Source of the DNA: Phyllosticta citribraziliensis
Lineage: Eukaryota
Reading direction: 5' to 3'
NCBI RefSeq assembly: GCF_038025025.1
Contig: NW_027117345.1
Location: forward strand, 2,046,001-2,097,280
Length of the DNA: 51,280 nucleotides
The position numbers and the translations under genes are program-made. Shown here piece by piece: positions 10,458 to 23,140 of the stretch (position 1 is the first letter of the stretch; every line of letters begins with the position of its first letter). The notes beneath the pieces are model-generated. The model was not told where the DNA came from. It did not search any database and saw only the letters and a program-made list of their open reading frames with translations.

Positions 10458-11671
10458 ATGGCTTTTACCCCCAGAGGTGGACGCGGTGCCCCCCGCGGCG
10501 GTGGAGGTGCCCGTGGAGGGCGCGGCGCTCCGCGTGGTGGAGGCGGTCGCGGCGGTGGTAGAGGTACGATTCTCTTTTTTATTCTGCTCTCCTTTTCCTA
10601 AACTGCGCATCCACCATGATCGTTTCCCCTCTTGAACGAAATTTTTAGGTCCCATCACTGACTATTTGCAGGCGGCTTTGGCGGTGGACGTGGTGCTCCT
10701 CGCGGCGGTGGCCGTGGCGCTCCCAGAGGCGGCGGACGCGGTGGACGTGGAGGCGGCGCTCCTGGTGCCAGAGGTGCGTTCATCCTATGTCTACAGTGTG
10801 AGAGATGGTGCTAATCATCTACTAGGTGGTGCCAGGGTCATTGTCGAGCCCCACAGGCACCAAGGTGTCTTTGTCGGACGCGGAAAGGAAGACTTGCTCT
10901 TGACCAAGAACTTGACTCCCGGCGAGAGCGTCTACGGCGAGAAGCGCATCCAAATCCCCAATGCTGGCGCTGAGAACGCTACCGGTGCCAACGGCGAGTC
11001 GAGCAACACCGAGTACAGAGTGTGGAACCCGTTCAGGTCAAAGTTGGCGGCCGGTATCCTCGGTGGAATGGCTGGTAAGAAGAGAACAACCCGAGGTCTG
11101 CGAAATTGTGAAACTAATGGTGACAGATATCTACATGAAGCCTGGTAGCAAGGTGCTTTACCTTGGTGCTGCCTCCGGAACCAGTGTTTCGCACGTTGCT
11201 GACATTGTCGGCCCTACTGGTGAGTAATTCTGCCATGTACGCATACATCCATGATATTGACCTCGAGTAGGTACCGTCTACGCTGTCGAGTTCTCCCACC
11301 GTTCTGGACGTGACCTGGTCAACATGGCCACTCACCGCACCAACGTCATTCCCATCGTCGAGGACGCCCGTCACCCGCTCAAGTACCGTATGCTTGTCTC
11401 CATGGTCGACGCCATCTTCGCCGACGTTGCCCAGCCTGACCAGGCCCGTATCGTCGGTTTGAACGCCCACTTGTTCCTCAAGCAGGGTGGTGGTGTCATG
11501 GTCTCGATCAAGGCCAACTGTATCGACAGCACAGCACCTGCGGAGCAGGTCTTTGCCCGCGAGGTCCAGAAGCTTCGCGAGGAGCGCATCAAGCCCAAGG
11601 AGCAGCTCACCCTTGAGCCCTTTGAGAGAGATCACGCCATGGTCAGCGCCGTTTACCAGCGTCACGGTTGA
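10458..11671 (+). CDS. nop1: Fibrillarin, rRNA 2'-O-methyltransferase; 5 exons (introns 10564-10671, 10774-10825, 11075-11126, 11220-11270)
   Basis: N-terminal RGG/GAR domain, then [48 protein letters not shown] and [13 protein letters not shown]. Confidence 0.98.
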
Positions 11672-12667
11672 TTGCGGTGATGGTGGATTTATCTTCTTGG
11701 GTATGGGATTTCTTTCAAAAGGGCTAATCAGCATGACGCATTGAAAAGTGTCGTACTCGGAGGCTGCGGTTTCCTGGCCATGGGGCATTGTTTTTTCACC
11801 AGGGTGTAAAGTTGGCTCTAGGAGTTCAGGGCGTTAGAGTGGTGAATGAGCTACGTGGCTGTATCAAATCTCAAGCCAAATTTCCTCTGCCAGCGCGTGG
11901 TGTTTCTGTCTCGTCCTTGCTCTCGTCCAGATCATGTCCAAGTGCTTTTGCTCCGTTGAGTCACTGTCATTTTTTAGGCTAATCAAGCTAACCAAGGTTA
12001 GGTGACACGCCCTTCGCTCGTCTCATGAACCAGTCCGAAGGTCTGCCGTTAAAAGTCGATCAAAGTGCCACATTCATCCGAGATTTTGCTAGTTCCCGAC
12101 CCAGCAACCAGCAAAAGACCATTTCATCCATCAGCCAGTCCTAGAATCGCAGTTTGATTCATGTCCCGTCCTCCATCCACGCTGTTGAAAAAAAGAGAAG
12201 GCAAAAGAGCAAGGAAAGAAGCCCGATATGAGGCCAAAGCAACCGGCTCAAACCGCTGCGTAGAAAGAGAATTGACCCTTCGCCGTTCTGAAATGGGGTA
12301 TCGTTTGGACCACGAACGACATTGGACCGAGCAAGAAAAGCAGTAGCTGAATCGACCGACTGGAAAGAGAAAGAGGTTGTTTTTATCCGAGGGTGCAAGA
12401 CTCATGTCGTGGGTATGGGTGTGGGTTGCAGAGTGGCCGTTTCTCGGATTCGTGAGTCGCCTCCGTCTAAAAAGCTGATGATGTGTTTGGAGGCAGAGGG
12501 CGTTCCCCAGCGGTCTGGAGATTCCGACGGCTACAGTTTTAGACCTTGGTCACTGAGAGCGCAGGTGGATCAGCTTCTGCGCCGAGGTAGTGTCATGGGG
12601 GACCAACTTACACGTACTCCTTCTGAAGACCGTCTTCCCAGTACCGCTTGACGCAACGTCGAGTGCC

Positions 12668-13443
12668 TCACGATCTGCCCTTGCCCTTGCGCAAGCCCCA
12701 TGTCGACTCAACCTCCGCGAGAGACGGACACTCGTCAAGAGAATCCACAGTGGGGCTGCTCGTGGTACTCCTCCTGGAGTCGCGAACCAGCACCTTCTTT
12801 GCGCCGTGGGCCTTGATCTTCACGTTGCCAGCAGGACGAGCGCGGACAGGCGCCTTCTTCTGCTGTCGTCCCCGCGGCTCCAGGCTTCTGAGCTTTGCCT
12901 CCAAGGTCTTGGGCGCCCACAGCTGCGGCCACTCTCTGTGGGCAGCTTCTTCGGCTTCGAACCATTCGATCGGCGGGCGCGTGTCCGGGACCGACCAGCC
13001 CGTCGGCGGCTTCCAGCCAGCAGGGCGAGGCTTGTCGGAAACCCAGTGCTGTGACAAGGTATCAGTATCTGTCGCTGCTGCGCCTGTCAAGGGAGGGGGT
13101 TCGGATTGAGCGCGCGACGACTTACGAAGAAATCGGCGGCGAGACAGCTGTCCTCGTTGTGGCCCTCGTACGGCTCCCACGTCGGCGCGTCCTGGCAGTC
13201 CCACTGGAAGAGCAGGAGAGTCTTGGAGCCAGGCTTGTTCCACGAATCCAGACAGAACTTCGCATGCCACATCTGATCGTCGCCGTCTTCAAACTCGTAG
13301 TCGCGGCAGACGGCGCTCTTCTTTGCCGGCTTCTTCGCCGTTTGAGCCGTCGCCGTCTTCGTCTTCTGCTGCACCGAAGCAGCCGGCGTCTCCGTTCTCT
13401 TTGCTCGCTTCTGCAAGGCACGGATGTTCTTGGTGCGCGCCAT
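12668..13443 (-). CDS. 232-aa protein with a histone-H3-like N-terminus (MARTK) and a divergent chromodomain; 2 exons (13443-13126, 13048-12668)
   Basis: A GTAAGT...ACTGAT...CAG intron (13125-13049, phase 0) joins two ORFs. QMWHAKFCLDSW...LLLFQW...PTWEPYE...LAADFF|HWVSDKPRP aligns by eye to the chromo consensus (Y/W.VE.ILD...YLVKW...TWEPE...L..F). Confidence 0.7.
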
Positions 13444-15472
13444 GATGGCTCTCACGAAGCGGGGACTGTGGTTGGGATGGTGTTTTTGGAGGGTTGGGCA
13501 GATGTGGAAGGACGCGTGAAGAGCTGGATTCTGTTGGCATGTCATATGCCGGTCCATTCTGCGATCTGCGTGTGACGGTCCGCCGTCGTGAAAAACGGAT
13601 ATCGCGTGAAGCCTTCTGCTCGGCGTGGGGAGTCGCGCAATGTGCGGCCGGAATTGGCTAGTAACGGCTTGAATAGTCTCAACTCTCCTGCATTAAAGGC
13701 GGAGGTAGGCATTCTTCCCAAAGGCCATGCGGAGATGGACTGGGCAATAGTTAAGAATTCACGCGTTGTAAGTACTCTGCAGAGATGCGCAAACGGTAAA
13801 CAATGGACAATCGTGGCGGATGGGCGGGAGGATAGCGTTTGGGGAGAAACATTTTACCGCAACTTATGCTTAAATGTCTTCCTTTGCTTCTATCATCTGT
13901 GGATGATCCGTCAAAGACATTTCAGCCCCTTAGTGTCGGTGTGGAGCTCAAGACCAGTTCTCGTTTGTTGTCCCTTGTTGATATGTACTGCGGAACCATG
14001 TCTCTCGCTTAGCTATCAAGGGATTGAAATATCGTCTCAACTCTCAAGCAATCGGTGTCTCTATGCATTCTTGTCCGGATCTTTTAAACCCGTCGAGCTA
14101 ATGCAAACATGTTTGTGTCTTCTGCCGACACGGGCACACATGCATGGAGAAGATGAGAATCGAATGCCCACCCTCTTGCGTTATCTCCGCCGCTCCGCAC
14201 CTCACGAGCCTCTCCTAGGTACCTGGTCAACTCTGGGGTTCCGAGCTGCAGCGACCAGCATCTGGCAGCCACTAGCACGCGAACACGGCTGAGGAGACCA
14301 CGAAGTCGAACCTTCGCCCTCTGCATATGGCTATTTCGGATGGAGGGGCATCCCGCTCGTTCAGGACATTTTGCGTCTACGCATGCATATCGGATGCGGG
14401 CCGTCAGCCAGCGTTGTCCAGGTGGAGCACAATTTGTCTCCTCGGAGGCTCAAGTAATCGCATGAACGAGGACAATTGGTCAATCTCCAAATTCGATTCT
14501 AACGATTTGGGGAAGGTTCGCCGGCAGGGCATTGTTGGTGGACTCCATCAGTCAACGAATGTATTTCACCACGGCGGCATCAACGACATTGCTCTCCACG
14601 TCGGTTCTAGAAGTGATCCAGTGCGTCCAGCCCCCAACGATTCGACGCTTGACAGCTCAGTAGTCAACGAGAAAATGTCCCAGCAGCGAATCCCTGCCGC
14701 GTCGGCCTGCTCGATGCGGACCCTGGATGGTCAAGGGTCTGCCAGCATGCAAAAGCCGACGACCACGACACTCTGCGTCCAGGATAGCGACTCACGATTG
14801 CAAGCGGTGTGGACCAAATTGGGCGACTTCAAAGAGCCCAACCGTCTGCCTAGTGGACAATCAAGTGGCAACAGCAAGAGAGGATCAATGGCAGCGCTGC
14901 CCTCTTAGCGAGGGTCATAATCATAACATCGTTTGTCTGCAAGCAACAAGGCAAGCTACCGAAAAAGCCCGGGGCGCCATGACTACTGCAAAACGAGCGA
15001 AGAGAGGCAAAGACAAGCAGAGGTACCCACCCAACAAGCGACATGTACTCTTCGACAGTCGTGGTCGATCAAGCTCCAGTCATGAGTGCGCCCGCCATGC
15101 AAGCGAACGAACAACAGGCGAATAGCAAACGAATGCATCCAGCAAAGTCACAACCCGACCCTGAGCACCGCCAGAAAAAGAAACAATTATGGAAACCGGC
15201 CCAATCGCGCAAAGTCGTGTCGTCGTAAAGCAAAGCGGGTGCGGGACCTGTACGGACGAGGGTTGTCCGCCCTCGTCCCGCGTAGCCATTCGATGGCTCG
15301 ACATCATGATCAAAACTTTTCCCCAGGCGTGGCCCTGCATATCCTCTCGCCGGAGGCTGCAAGCCGCCAGATTCGTGGCTCGACTGGTGACGGGGGCGGG
15401 CGACTCAGTTCGCCACGAGATACAGCTGTTTGCTGCAGAGCCCGCGTTCCAGATTGCAGACCAGCCTCCCCT

Positions 15473-16036
15473 CTAGTCCCACCACATGGTACGTTGGACT
15501 CTTCCGTGCTCCTGTAAAACGGAGAGCACGCCGGCGCTCGTCACTTCGAGGCCGTAGATTCTTTGAAGTGGCTCGGCAATCATCGTCCAGTCCATTCGTT
15601 GCTCGTCGAACAGCTGGAGCACAATCTTTTCCAGCACCGTTCGTGGCTCCGGTACGAACGGGACGGGCGGAGGGATGCTGTCAAGGTGTCCGAGGCGTTG
15701 GAGTCGGCGCCGTTTGGATGCGGCGAGGTCTGGAGTGAAGTTGGGAACTGAAGAGGTGGAGGAGCCGCACGTTGACGGTGCCGGGCTAGAGGGAACGACG
15801 TGATCGTAAGGGGTTTCCGGAGGGAGGGGTGCCGTCGGCACTGGCACAATGTCCCGGTCCATTTGGTTGTCGATGCTGCCGTTGGCTGCGGCAGTGGGTG
15901 TGGTGGATGATAGCTGCGATTGTGCGGACGACGGCCTCAAAAGCCGTGACACAGCGTCCAGCACGGGGGAGAGCGGCCGAAAGATTTGGGAGCGCGACTT
16001 GCGTGCGCCAAGTCTCCTTGGATGCAATGGAGGCAT
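15473..16036 (-). CDS. Hypothetical protein; Pro/Ser-rich N-terminus, KRRR basic patch, compact helical (HTH-like) C-terminus
   Basis: Single ORF from ATG 16036; C-terminal RTVLEKIVLQLFDEQRMDWTMIAEPLQRIYGLEVTSAGVLSVLQEHGRV looks like a folded domain. The start is uncertain. Confidence 0.65.
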   Translation of the reverse strand: MPPLHPRRLGARKSRSQIFRPLSPVLDAVSRLLRPSSAQSQLSSTTPTAAANGSIDNQMDRDIVPVPTAPLPPETPYDHVVPSSPAPSTCGSSTSSVPNFTPDLAASKRRRLQRLGHLDSIPPPVPFVPEPRTVLEKIVLQLFDEQRMDWTMIAEPLQRIYGLEVTSAGVLSVLQEHGRVQRTMWWD

Positions 16037-16810
16037 GCCGCTCGAGTGCAATGATTACATGTATGAAGTGAAAAGAAGCTGGAGTGGTACGAGGAGAGCC
16101 TGTCTGGAGATGCAAAGCAGAGCCCAACGGGCAGCTGCACACTTACTTATTGTCACTGCATCCTGTGGCTCAGGCGATGGACATACCGAAACAGACGATG
16201 CACAGGTGAGCCAGCAAACAGCAGACCCGGCGCATGCAGCCATGAAATTTTGCGAGAGGGGCGTAAGACGGTCAAACACTATGGCAAACCAATCACTACA
16301 GTCGCGGTATCGGGGAGCGGTAAGCCTGCAGCTTTGAGGGAATGCTGTTGGGGAGCAAAGTCGTTGTCGCCGCCTCTGAAGATGCAGACTGCACTGTATA
16401 TTGACGCCGGACCAGGGTGTGACGTGGTGCAGCAATGTCCAGAGGCCAAGCGCTCCGGGCCACTTCTGCGGCCTCTGGAAGCCGAGCCGCGATTCTGATT
16501 GAAAAAGAGATGGCCTGCAGGACTCGGTGAACCCAACATCGATGGAAACGATCGCTTGAAACCTGGAGAATAGCAAAGCGGATGCGCACGGATGGGTAAC
16601 TTTGCGAAATGTGATTTTTTGAGAGATTCTGCACGTCGTGCATGGTACATTTCCAGCCGACTTTAGACGACCGACCAACTCTCATTTTTGCTCGTCGTAG
16701 GAACATTGCAGACCCGACAAAACCGTTGTAGCCATGCTCCGTAAAGCCATAGCAGATGCCCACCAGAAACCCACGCACTCGCCCAAAACCCCGAGAGCTC
16801 CAGCACACCA

Positions 16811-17400
16811 CTAACCCTTCTTCTTGGAGACACCGACGGTGCGGCCCCTGCGGCCGGTCGTCTTGGTGTGCTGTCCGCGGACGCGCAGGCCCCAGTAGTG
16901 ACGGAGACCACGGTGGGAGCGGATCTTCTTCAAGCGCTCGAGGTCCTCACGGAGCTTGCTGTCGACGCCGTTTGCGAGAACCTGGCCATCCTTGCCATCG
17001 ACAATGTCGCGTTGCCTGTTGAGGAACCACGTGGGAATCTTGTACTGGGTAGGGTTCTGGAGGATGGTGACGATACGCTCGAGCTCTTCGGTGGTGAGCT
17101 CACCGGCACTGTGTTGTGGCCGTTAGTCCTTTCCGCTCGCGTCGAACCGGTCGCTTCGTGTGTGTATTTACCGCTTGTTGAGGTCGACATCGGCCTTCTT
17201 GCAGACCAAATTGGAGTAACGGCGACCGACACCCTTGATCTTGGTCAAGGCGTACATGATCTTCTGCTTGCCATCAACGTTGGTGTTGAGCAGACGCAGG
17301 ATGTACTGGAAGTTGCTCTTCTCTCCGGAGACGAGCGCTGTGTCGAACCGTCAGCGAGAGGCCATGGCATTGCAGTAGAGGCGCCGCGATACGTACACAT
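16811..17400 (-). CDS. rps18: 40S ribosomal protein S18 (uS13); 3 exons (17400-17397, 17337-17172, 17108-16811)
   Basis: [65 protein letters not shown]...[14 protein letters not shown]. Confidence 0.98.
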
Positions 17401-18312
17401 GGTGGGCGACTTGTCGTGGGGTCGTTCGTCCGATGGAGCTGTCGTCGTTGTCGCGGCCGCGAGGTGTGTAAGTCGGAGGGCTTTTTGGCAGTGTGGGTGC
17501 CGCTAGCTTTTCCGAGGTTCCGCCTAGCCGCTAACCCGACTAAACCGCTTTGGGTCGCGCCGGGAGCCGCAACACCTTGGAGAGCCTCCCCGTTTCTCGT
17601 CGACACGTAGAATTGCACGCTTGACTACGCATTTTGACCTCAATAGACACCAGCTCCGAGTCAGGTTGCAGTGCTTTCACTCGTGCAAGTGGCTCTTTGT
17701 CCCCGTCGCTGGCACTTTGTCTAAACGGACCATTTTCTTGGCATTCCCTTGATAGTCGCTGGCGACCAGCAATTCCACCACCACTGCAAACAAAGTGTTG
17801 TCGCCAAGTCGTTTAATTGCTGTCTAGTCATCCCAATGCTGCCGTGCTGAACATCTTCTGTCATATCAACAATTCTGCTTTAGAAGTTGCAGATTTCAAG
17901 CTTCAGACTGCGTTTGGATTTGGGCATAAGCAACGGAGCACTACAACGCCATAAAGACCTCTGCGGTTCCAAGACAAGTTGCCATAATGAAGACGGCAAG
18001 TCTTTCATAGCTGAGCGTGGAAACGTTCGCGGAGCGGCTATGCTGGTTGGCCGCTGAGTCACGTGCACGGACGTCGACTGCTGCGGCCGCCGGGACGGCG
18101 CGCGCAAGACACCTGTTCATTTGGTGCATTGAAAGCGCAACTCCCACAATACCCTGCCCCTCCGCGACAAACGATGCCAGCTGCTGAGGCAACCGTCTTT
18201 TGAGCCCTTACAGCAATCCCCAGGTCCGCCGGCACTCCATCTGCTCCAGACATCCCAGGTCCGAGCATTTCAGAAAGTTCGCGGCGTCCCGTAGGGACAT
18301 TCACGGTCCACC

Positions 18313-20636
18313 ATGTCTACCGACTACACGTACGACGAGCAGGTACGAAGCTACTGCGCGCCAAATCTGGCACTGGATAGATGATAACCGGGGCTCTAGG
18401 GACAATTCTTTCCCTACTTCGTCACCACAATCACTGGCTTGGTCACCATTCCAATCACCATTTCGCTTCTCACCCGCGGCAAAGAGCTTGAGAACACAGC
18501 ACCAAGAATAAAGTCGGAATACGCGCCACAGAACTCGGACCTCATCGACGCTCAGCGGAGGAAGCTATGGAGAAAAGAGCGCAGGCTTGGGAGAATCATC
18601 CTCGCCGTCGCCGGTTGGACCGTCATGGCGTGGATGGTTTACCTCATGGTCGTCACTGCACGGACTGTGCCCAAGATTTGGGATCCTTATGAGGTCCTTG
18701 GCGTGTCGCGAGTAGGTTTGCGCAGAGACCGACAGACGGATGGATACTGACATTCGCAGTCCGCCAACGAGAAGCAAATCAAATCCCACTACCGCAGACT
18801 GTCCCTCACGCTGCACCCCGACAAGATCCAACCGGACCCCGAAAAGAACATTACCATGGAAACGATCAATGACCACTGGGTCGAGGTCACAAAGGCCTTC
18901 AAGACGCTTACGGACGAGGAAGTTCGCAACAACTACTTGCAGTACGGCCACCCCGACGGTAAACAGAGTTTCAGCATCGGTATCGCCCTGCCAAAGTGGA
19001 TCGTCACTGAAGGAAACGGAAAGTTCGTCTTGCTCGCCTACGGTCTGGTCCTGGGAGTTGTGCTCCCCTACTTGGTCGGCAAGTGGTGGTATGGAACTCA
19101 GCGTGTCACCAAAGAAAAGGTCCTTGTTTCGAGCGCCGGCAAGATCTTCAAGGAGTACAAGCCGGAGATGACCCCCGGTAGTGTTTTGCACGCCGTGAGC
19201 ACTGGTACCGAGTTTGAAGAAGTGCTCAAAGGCAACAAAGCGGAGTCGGGTCTATCCAAAATCGAATCCAGCATCTTCAAGGAGGGCGAGCTCTCGCCAC
19301 TGGCCGGGGGACTATCTGTCAAAGATCGCGAGCAATTGGAGAACCTCGAAGAAGGAGCGCGGAGAAAAGCGCTGGCTCTCCTGTGGGCGTACCTTGGACG
19401 GGTAGATCTGGGTGACGCCACACTCAACGCAGGTATGTCTTTGTTGAGACCTCCGTTTCTCCCAAGGCGAGTTGCTGACAGACTACAGAAAAATACGAGG
19501 CCGCTCCCATTGCTTTGGAGTTGAACGAATCCTTCCTTGCCACCGCGCTTGCGTATGGCAATATCGTTGCCATCCTGGCGTCTTACCGCACATCGCAATG
19601 CTTGATTCAAGCAGTGGCGCCCAGCTCATCACCGCTGCTTCAACTCCCTCACTTCACCCCTTCTGTTGTTCGCTCGATTGAGGGATCCAGCGCAAGGGCG
19701 CATATGTCTGTACAAGAGTTCATGGGCCTCGCATCGCAAGAGAGGCGCAAGCGTGCAATTGGCTCTGGTCTCCTCAATGACAGTCAATTGACTGCCGCCG
19801 AGAAGGTGGCGACGCAACTTCCATTCCTGCGCGTAGACAAGGCTTTTTTCAAGGTTGTTGGAGAAAAGTTCATCACTCCCGGTAGTCTGGTTCAATTCGT
19901 CGTCAAGGCTCGCCTCATTCCTCCCGGCTTCCAAAACGTACCCGAAATCACCGAGAAAGATCTTGCCGACTCTGATCCCAAAGAGGGCGACCTGGACGCT
20001 CTTCATGGCCGCAAGAAGGGTGTCGAGGCCGAGGAGGCGAAGAAGGCCGAACTTGCTGGCCAACCTCCTCTCGCACACGCTCCCTACTTGGCTCGCGACC
20101 ACTCCCCCCGATGGCACGTCTTCCTCGGCGACAACAGGCAGGGCAAGATTGTCGTCCCGCCTTTCACCTTCACCAAGTTCGACAAGCCGCTTTTCGACGA
20201 GGCAGGAAACCCGACTTACAACGTGCAAACGCTTAAGATGCAATTTGGCGCCCCGCCGCAGGCTGGCCAGTACAGATTCACAATGTACATGGTGTGCGAC
20301 AGCTACGTTGGCATGGACACCAAGATGGACGTGACGTTGAGCGTGGACGAGGCTTCCAAGGCCGCGGAGATTGAGGAAGAGGAAGAGATTAGCGAGCCAG
20401 AAGAGGGTAAGTCGCCATCCTCACCACACCGTCCGACTACAAAAACAGCAGTAGCAGCTTTGGCTAACACCATTCCAGATTCGCTGGCAGGCCAGATGAA
20501 CGCGCTCAAGGGCGGCGAGACCAAGAAGCGCAAGTCGGCGGCCGCCGACGTCGACGACTCGGACGAGAGCGAGACGGACGAGGACGAAACGGATGACAGC
20601 GAGACGGACACGGAGACGGACACGGACGAGGAGTAG
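18313..20636 (+). CDS. sec63: ER translocon J-domain protein Sec63; 5 exons (introns 18343-18399, 18712-18759, 19433-19488, 20407-20478)
   Basis: MSTDYTYDEQ|GQFFPYF; three TM segments; J domain WDPYEVLGV...LHPDK...YLQYGHPDGKQSFSIGIALP; Brl/Sec63 domain; acidic tail DTDTDEE. Confidence 0.97.
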
Positions 20637-21626
20637 ATTGACTTGCCATGTTCCCGTCGCCCACAGTGTTGTTGATGATTCTCCGCTTTTCGTCGTCGGC
20701 CCCCTCCCCCCCTTTTTGTTGCGATTTTCATCATGGGCAGGGCAAAAGAAAGAGGGGACTCCACGTAGGTACCACCTCTTCTTCTTGTACGAATGTAAGG
20801 ATTGAAGGCAAAGCATTATCAGGCGTTCTTTGGGAAGAAACTAGGCGGGGAGGGTGCGTGCGGTACAGAAGAGCCGCTTCTTGTTATTTTTCGTCGTCTT
20901 CAATGGTTTTGTGTTTGCCATACGTGGTTGGTTGTGGGGTCGTCTCTGTATCATCCATAGTCTGCAGTCGAGAGCCCCCCTGTTTGTTACTCCTTGTCGG
21001 CTTTTCTAGTTCCTTTTCCTCTTCGTTTTTGATGCTCCTTCTTCTGCTTCGTGCAGCAGTGTGGGAGCGAATTTGCCCAGATGATGAGCGAGCGCGGTGG
21101 TTCGTGGTGGGTAAGTATCTGATCTCAATGGCAATCGTATACCTTGTCTGTGCAATCCTTTTTCTTGTGCTCGGCGCCATCTACCGGGTGGGTGGTATAA
21201 TTTCGACGTCGCGTGATGTCGCTGCCATTGTGCTAAATCACGTTCGCAACAGCCAACAATCCAGTCGACTTAGTCACTTCACATCAGCACTGACGCCAGC
21301 GATCAGAAGTCTTGCAGAATACTTTTCGTTTGTGATCAATGGCGCCTCTCGCATCTGGAAAACCCGAAAAAGGTTGTGAAATCACTCTCCGCCCAGTGGC
21401 ACTGATTCTCGCTGTCATAGATACCACGACAAACGCAAGCCCCAAATTTTGCAGCCCAGCTAGCTGATCATCAAAGCATGAACTGTCTTCCTTGCAAAGC
21501 CCGACTTCTGACATAGTAAAGGCTCGATTCTTCCAAAATATGTAAGAGCCCAATTTTTCCCTTTCTTCCGAAATCACATGCCTCTAGCGTCTGGAGACCT
21601 TTTCCCCCGCGAGCAAGATGAACAGC

Positions 21627-23047
21627 TTATTGCTTGAGGAGCTGTGTCAGCTCCGCAGCAACGGCGTCGCCGACCTCGCTGGTGGAGTTGGAGCCGCCAA
21701 TGTCGGCGGTGCGGATGTTGTTGTCAATGACGTTCTTCACGGCCACGTCGACGGCCTTGGCCAGCTCGGGCAGGCACAGCGAGTACTTGAGCATCATGCT
21801 GATGGAGAGGATGGAGGCAATGGGGTTGACAATGCCCTTGCCGGAGATGTCGGGAGCGGAGCCTATTTCAAATTAGTTGCAAATAAGGACGGGACGATTG
21901 GTGAGTAGATGTACCGTGGATGGGCTCGTAGATGCCGTTGACCTTGGTCTTGCCGTCAGGAATGGCGCCAACACTGGCACTGGGCAGGAGACCCAGGCTG
22001 CCGGGGATGACGCTGGCCTCGTCGGAGATGATGTCGCCAAAGAGGTTGCTGGTGACGATGACGCCGTTGAGGGCCCTGGGGTTCTTGACCATCAACATGG
22101 CGGCCGAGTCGATGAGGTGGTGGCCAAACTTGAGCTGCGGGAACTCCTTCTCCATGACCTCGGTGAAGACCTTTCTCCACAGGCGGCTGGTGGCCAGGAC
22201 GTTGGCCTTGTCCAGACTCCAGACCGGAGCCGGCGGGTCCTCCTGCAGCGCCAGCGTCGCGGCTAACCGCGTGACGCGCTCAATCTCGGGGCGCGAGTAG
22301 GGCTCCGTGTCCATGGCAAACCCGCTGCCGTCGTCCTCCTTGCGCTCTCCAAAGTAGATGCCGCCCGTCAGCTCGCGGATGATGTTGAAGTTGGTGCCGG
22401 CAGCGACGGATTCCTTGAGGGGCGAGATTTTGACGAGGGATTCGGACGCGAAGAAGCAGGGACGCAGGTTTCCAAACGTTCCCATTTCCTTGCGGAGCTT
22501 GAGGATGCCCTGTTCCGGGCGGACCTTGCCTGTGCCCCATTTCTGCACGCTTGATCAGCCCACCTGTGCTATTCGAGAGATCGTGGGGAACTCACGGGTC
22601 CACCGATGGCTCCAAGGAAGACGGCGTCGGCGGATTTGGCGGCGGCGAGAGCTTCGTCGGTAAGGGGGCTGCCGGTGGCATCAATTGAGGCCTGGCATTG
22701 TGTTAGCCAGAGTGAACGCAAGTGGGAGGTTTAGTTTCTTCTTTCTTACACCTCCAAGCAGCTGATTGTCGAAGTTGAATTGGATTTCTGGCTTCGCCTT
22801 TTGAATGGTTTGGAGGATCTAGTCGAATGAGCAGGAGCTTCGGATATACCATGGGGAGCTCAATGGTACCTTGAGAGCCTCGGTAGTGACCTATGGAGCT
22901 GCAATTAGCATTTGTAAATAAGATGCGGGGCGCGAAGAGCTCACTTCGGGACCGCAGTGGTCACCTGTGGACAAAATCAGTAGGTGGCCCTTGGAACTTC
23001 AGCGAGGACAACTCACCGGCAAAGACGACAATGTTGAAGGAAGGCAT
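21627..23047 (-). CDS. leu2: 3-isopropylmalate dehydrogenase; 7 exons (23047-23017, 22964-22945, 22890-22870, 22818-22750, 22691-22596, 22542-21915, 21862-21627)
   Basis: [24 protein letters not shown]|...[24 protein letters not shown]...[13 protein letters not shown]...[25 protein letters not shown]...[19 protein letters not shown]. Confidence 0.97.
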
Positions 23048-23130
23048 GTTGGCGATACGTGGTGTTACAGAGGTCGGCGTCTGTGGTTCGAAATATTATG
23101 ACAAGAACGAGGTGGGGAGAGAGGGACGCG

Positions 23131-23140
23131 CCGATGTCGG
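23131..23140. promoter_or_regulatory. Leu3/LeuB binding site (CCG-N4-CGG) upstream of leu2
   Basis: CCGATGTCGG lies 84 bp upstream of the leu2 ATG and matches the established Leu3 everted repeat; a one-mismatch site GCGGTCTCGG lies at 23162-23171. Confidence 0.75.

Noticed and set aside
10616..10661. Box C/D snoRNA in nop1 intron 1 (ATGATCG...GGTCCCATCA-CTGA)
   Set aside because: The C box is poor, the CTGA is the intron branch site, and the apparent 25S complementarity has mismatches.
13588..15517. Plus-strand ORFs 13588-14292, 14327-14908, 14727-15125 and 15086-15517
   Set aside because: No recognisable motif, no consistent splice model and weak codon bias. A lineage-specific gene cannot be excluded without RNA-seq.
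20884..21180. 98-aa minus-strand ORF MAPSTRKR... and overlapping hydrophobic ORF 20648-21379
   Set aside because: Low-complexity sequence between two converging 3' ends with no family signature; insufficient support.
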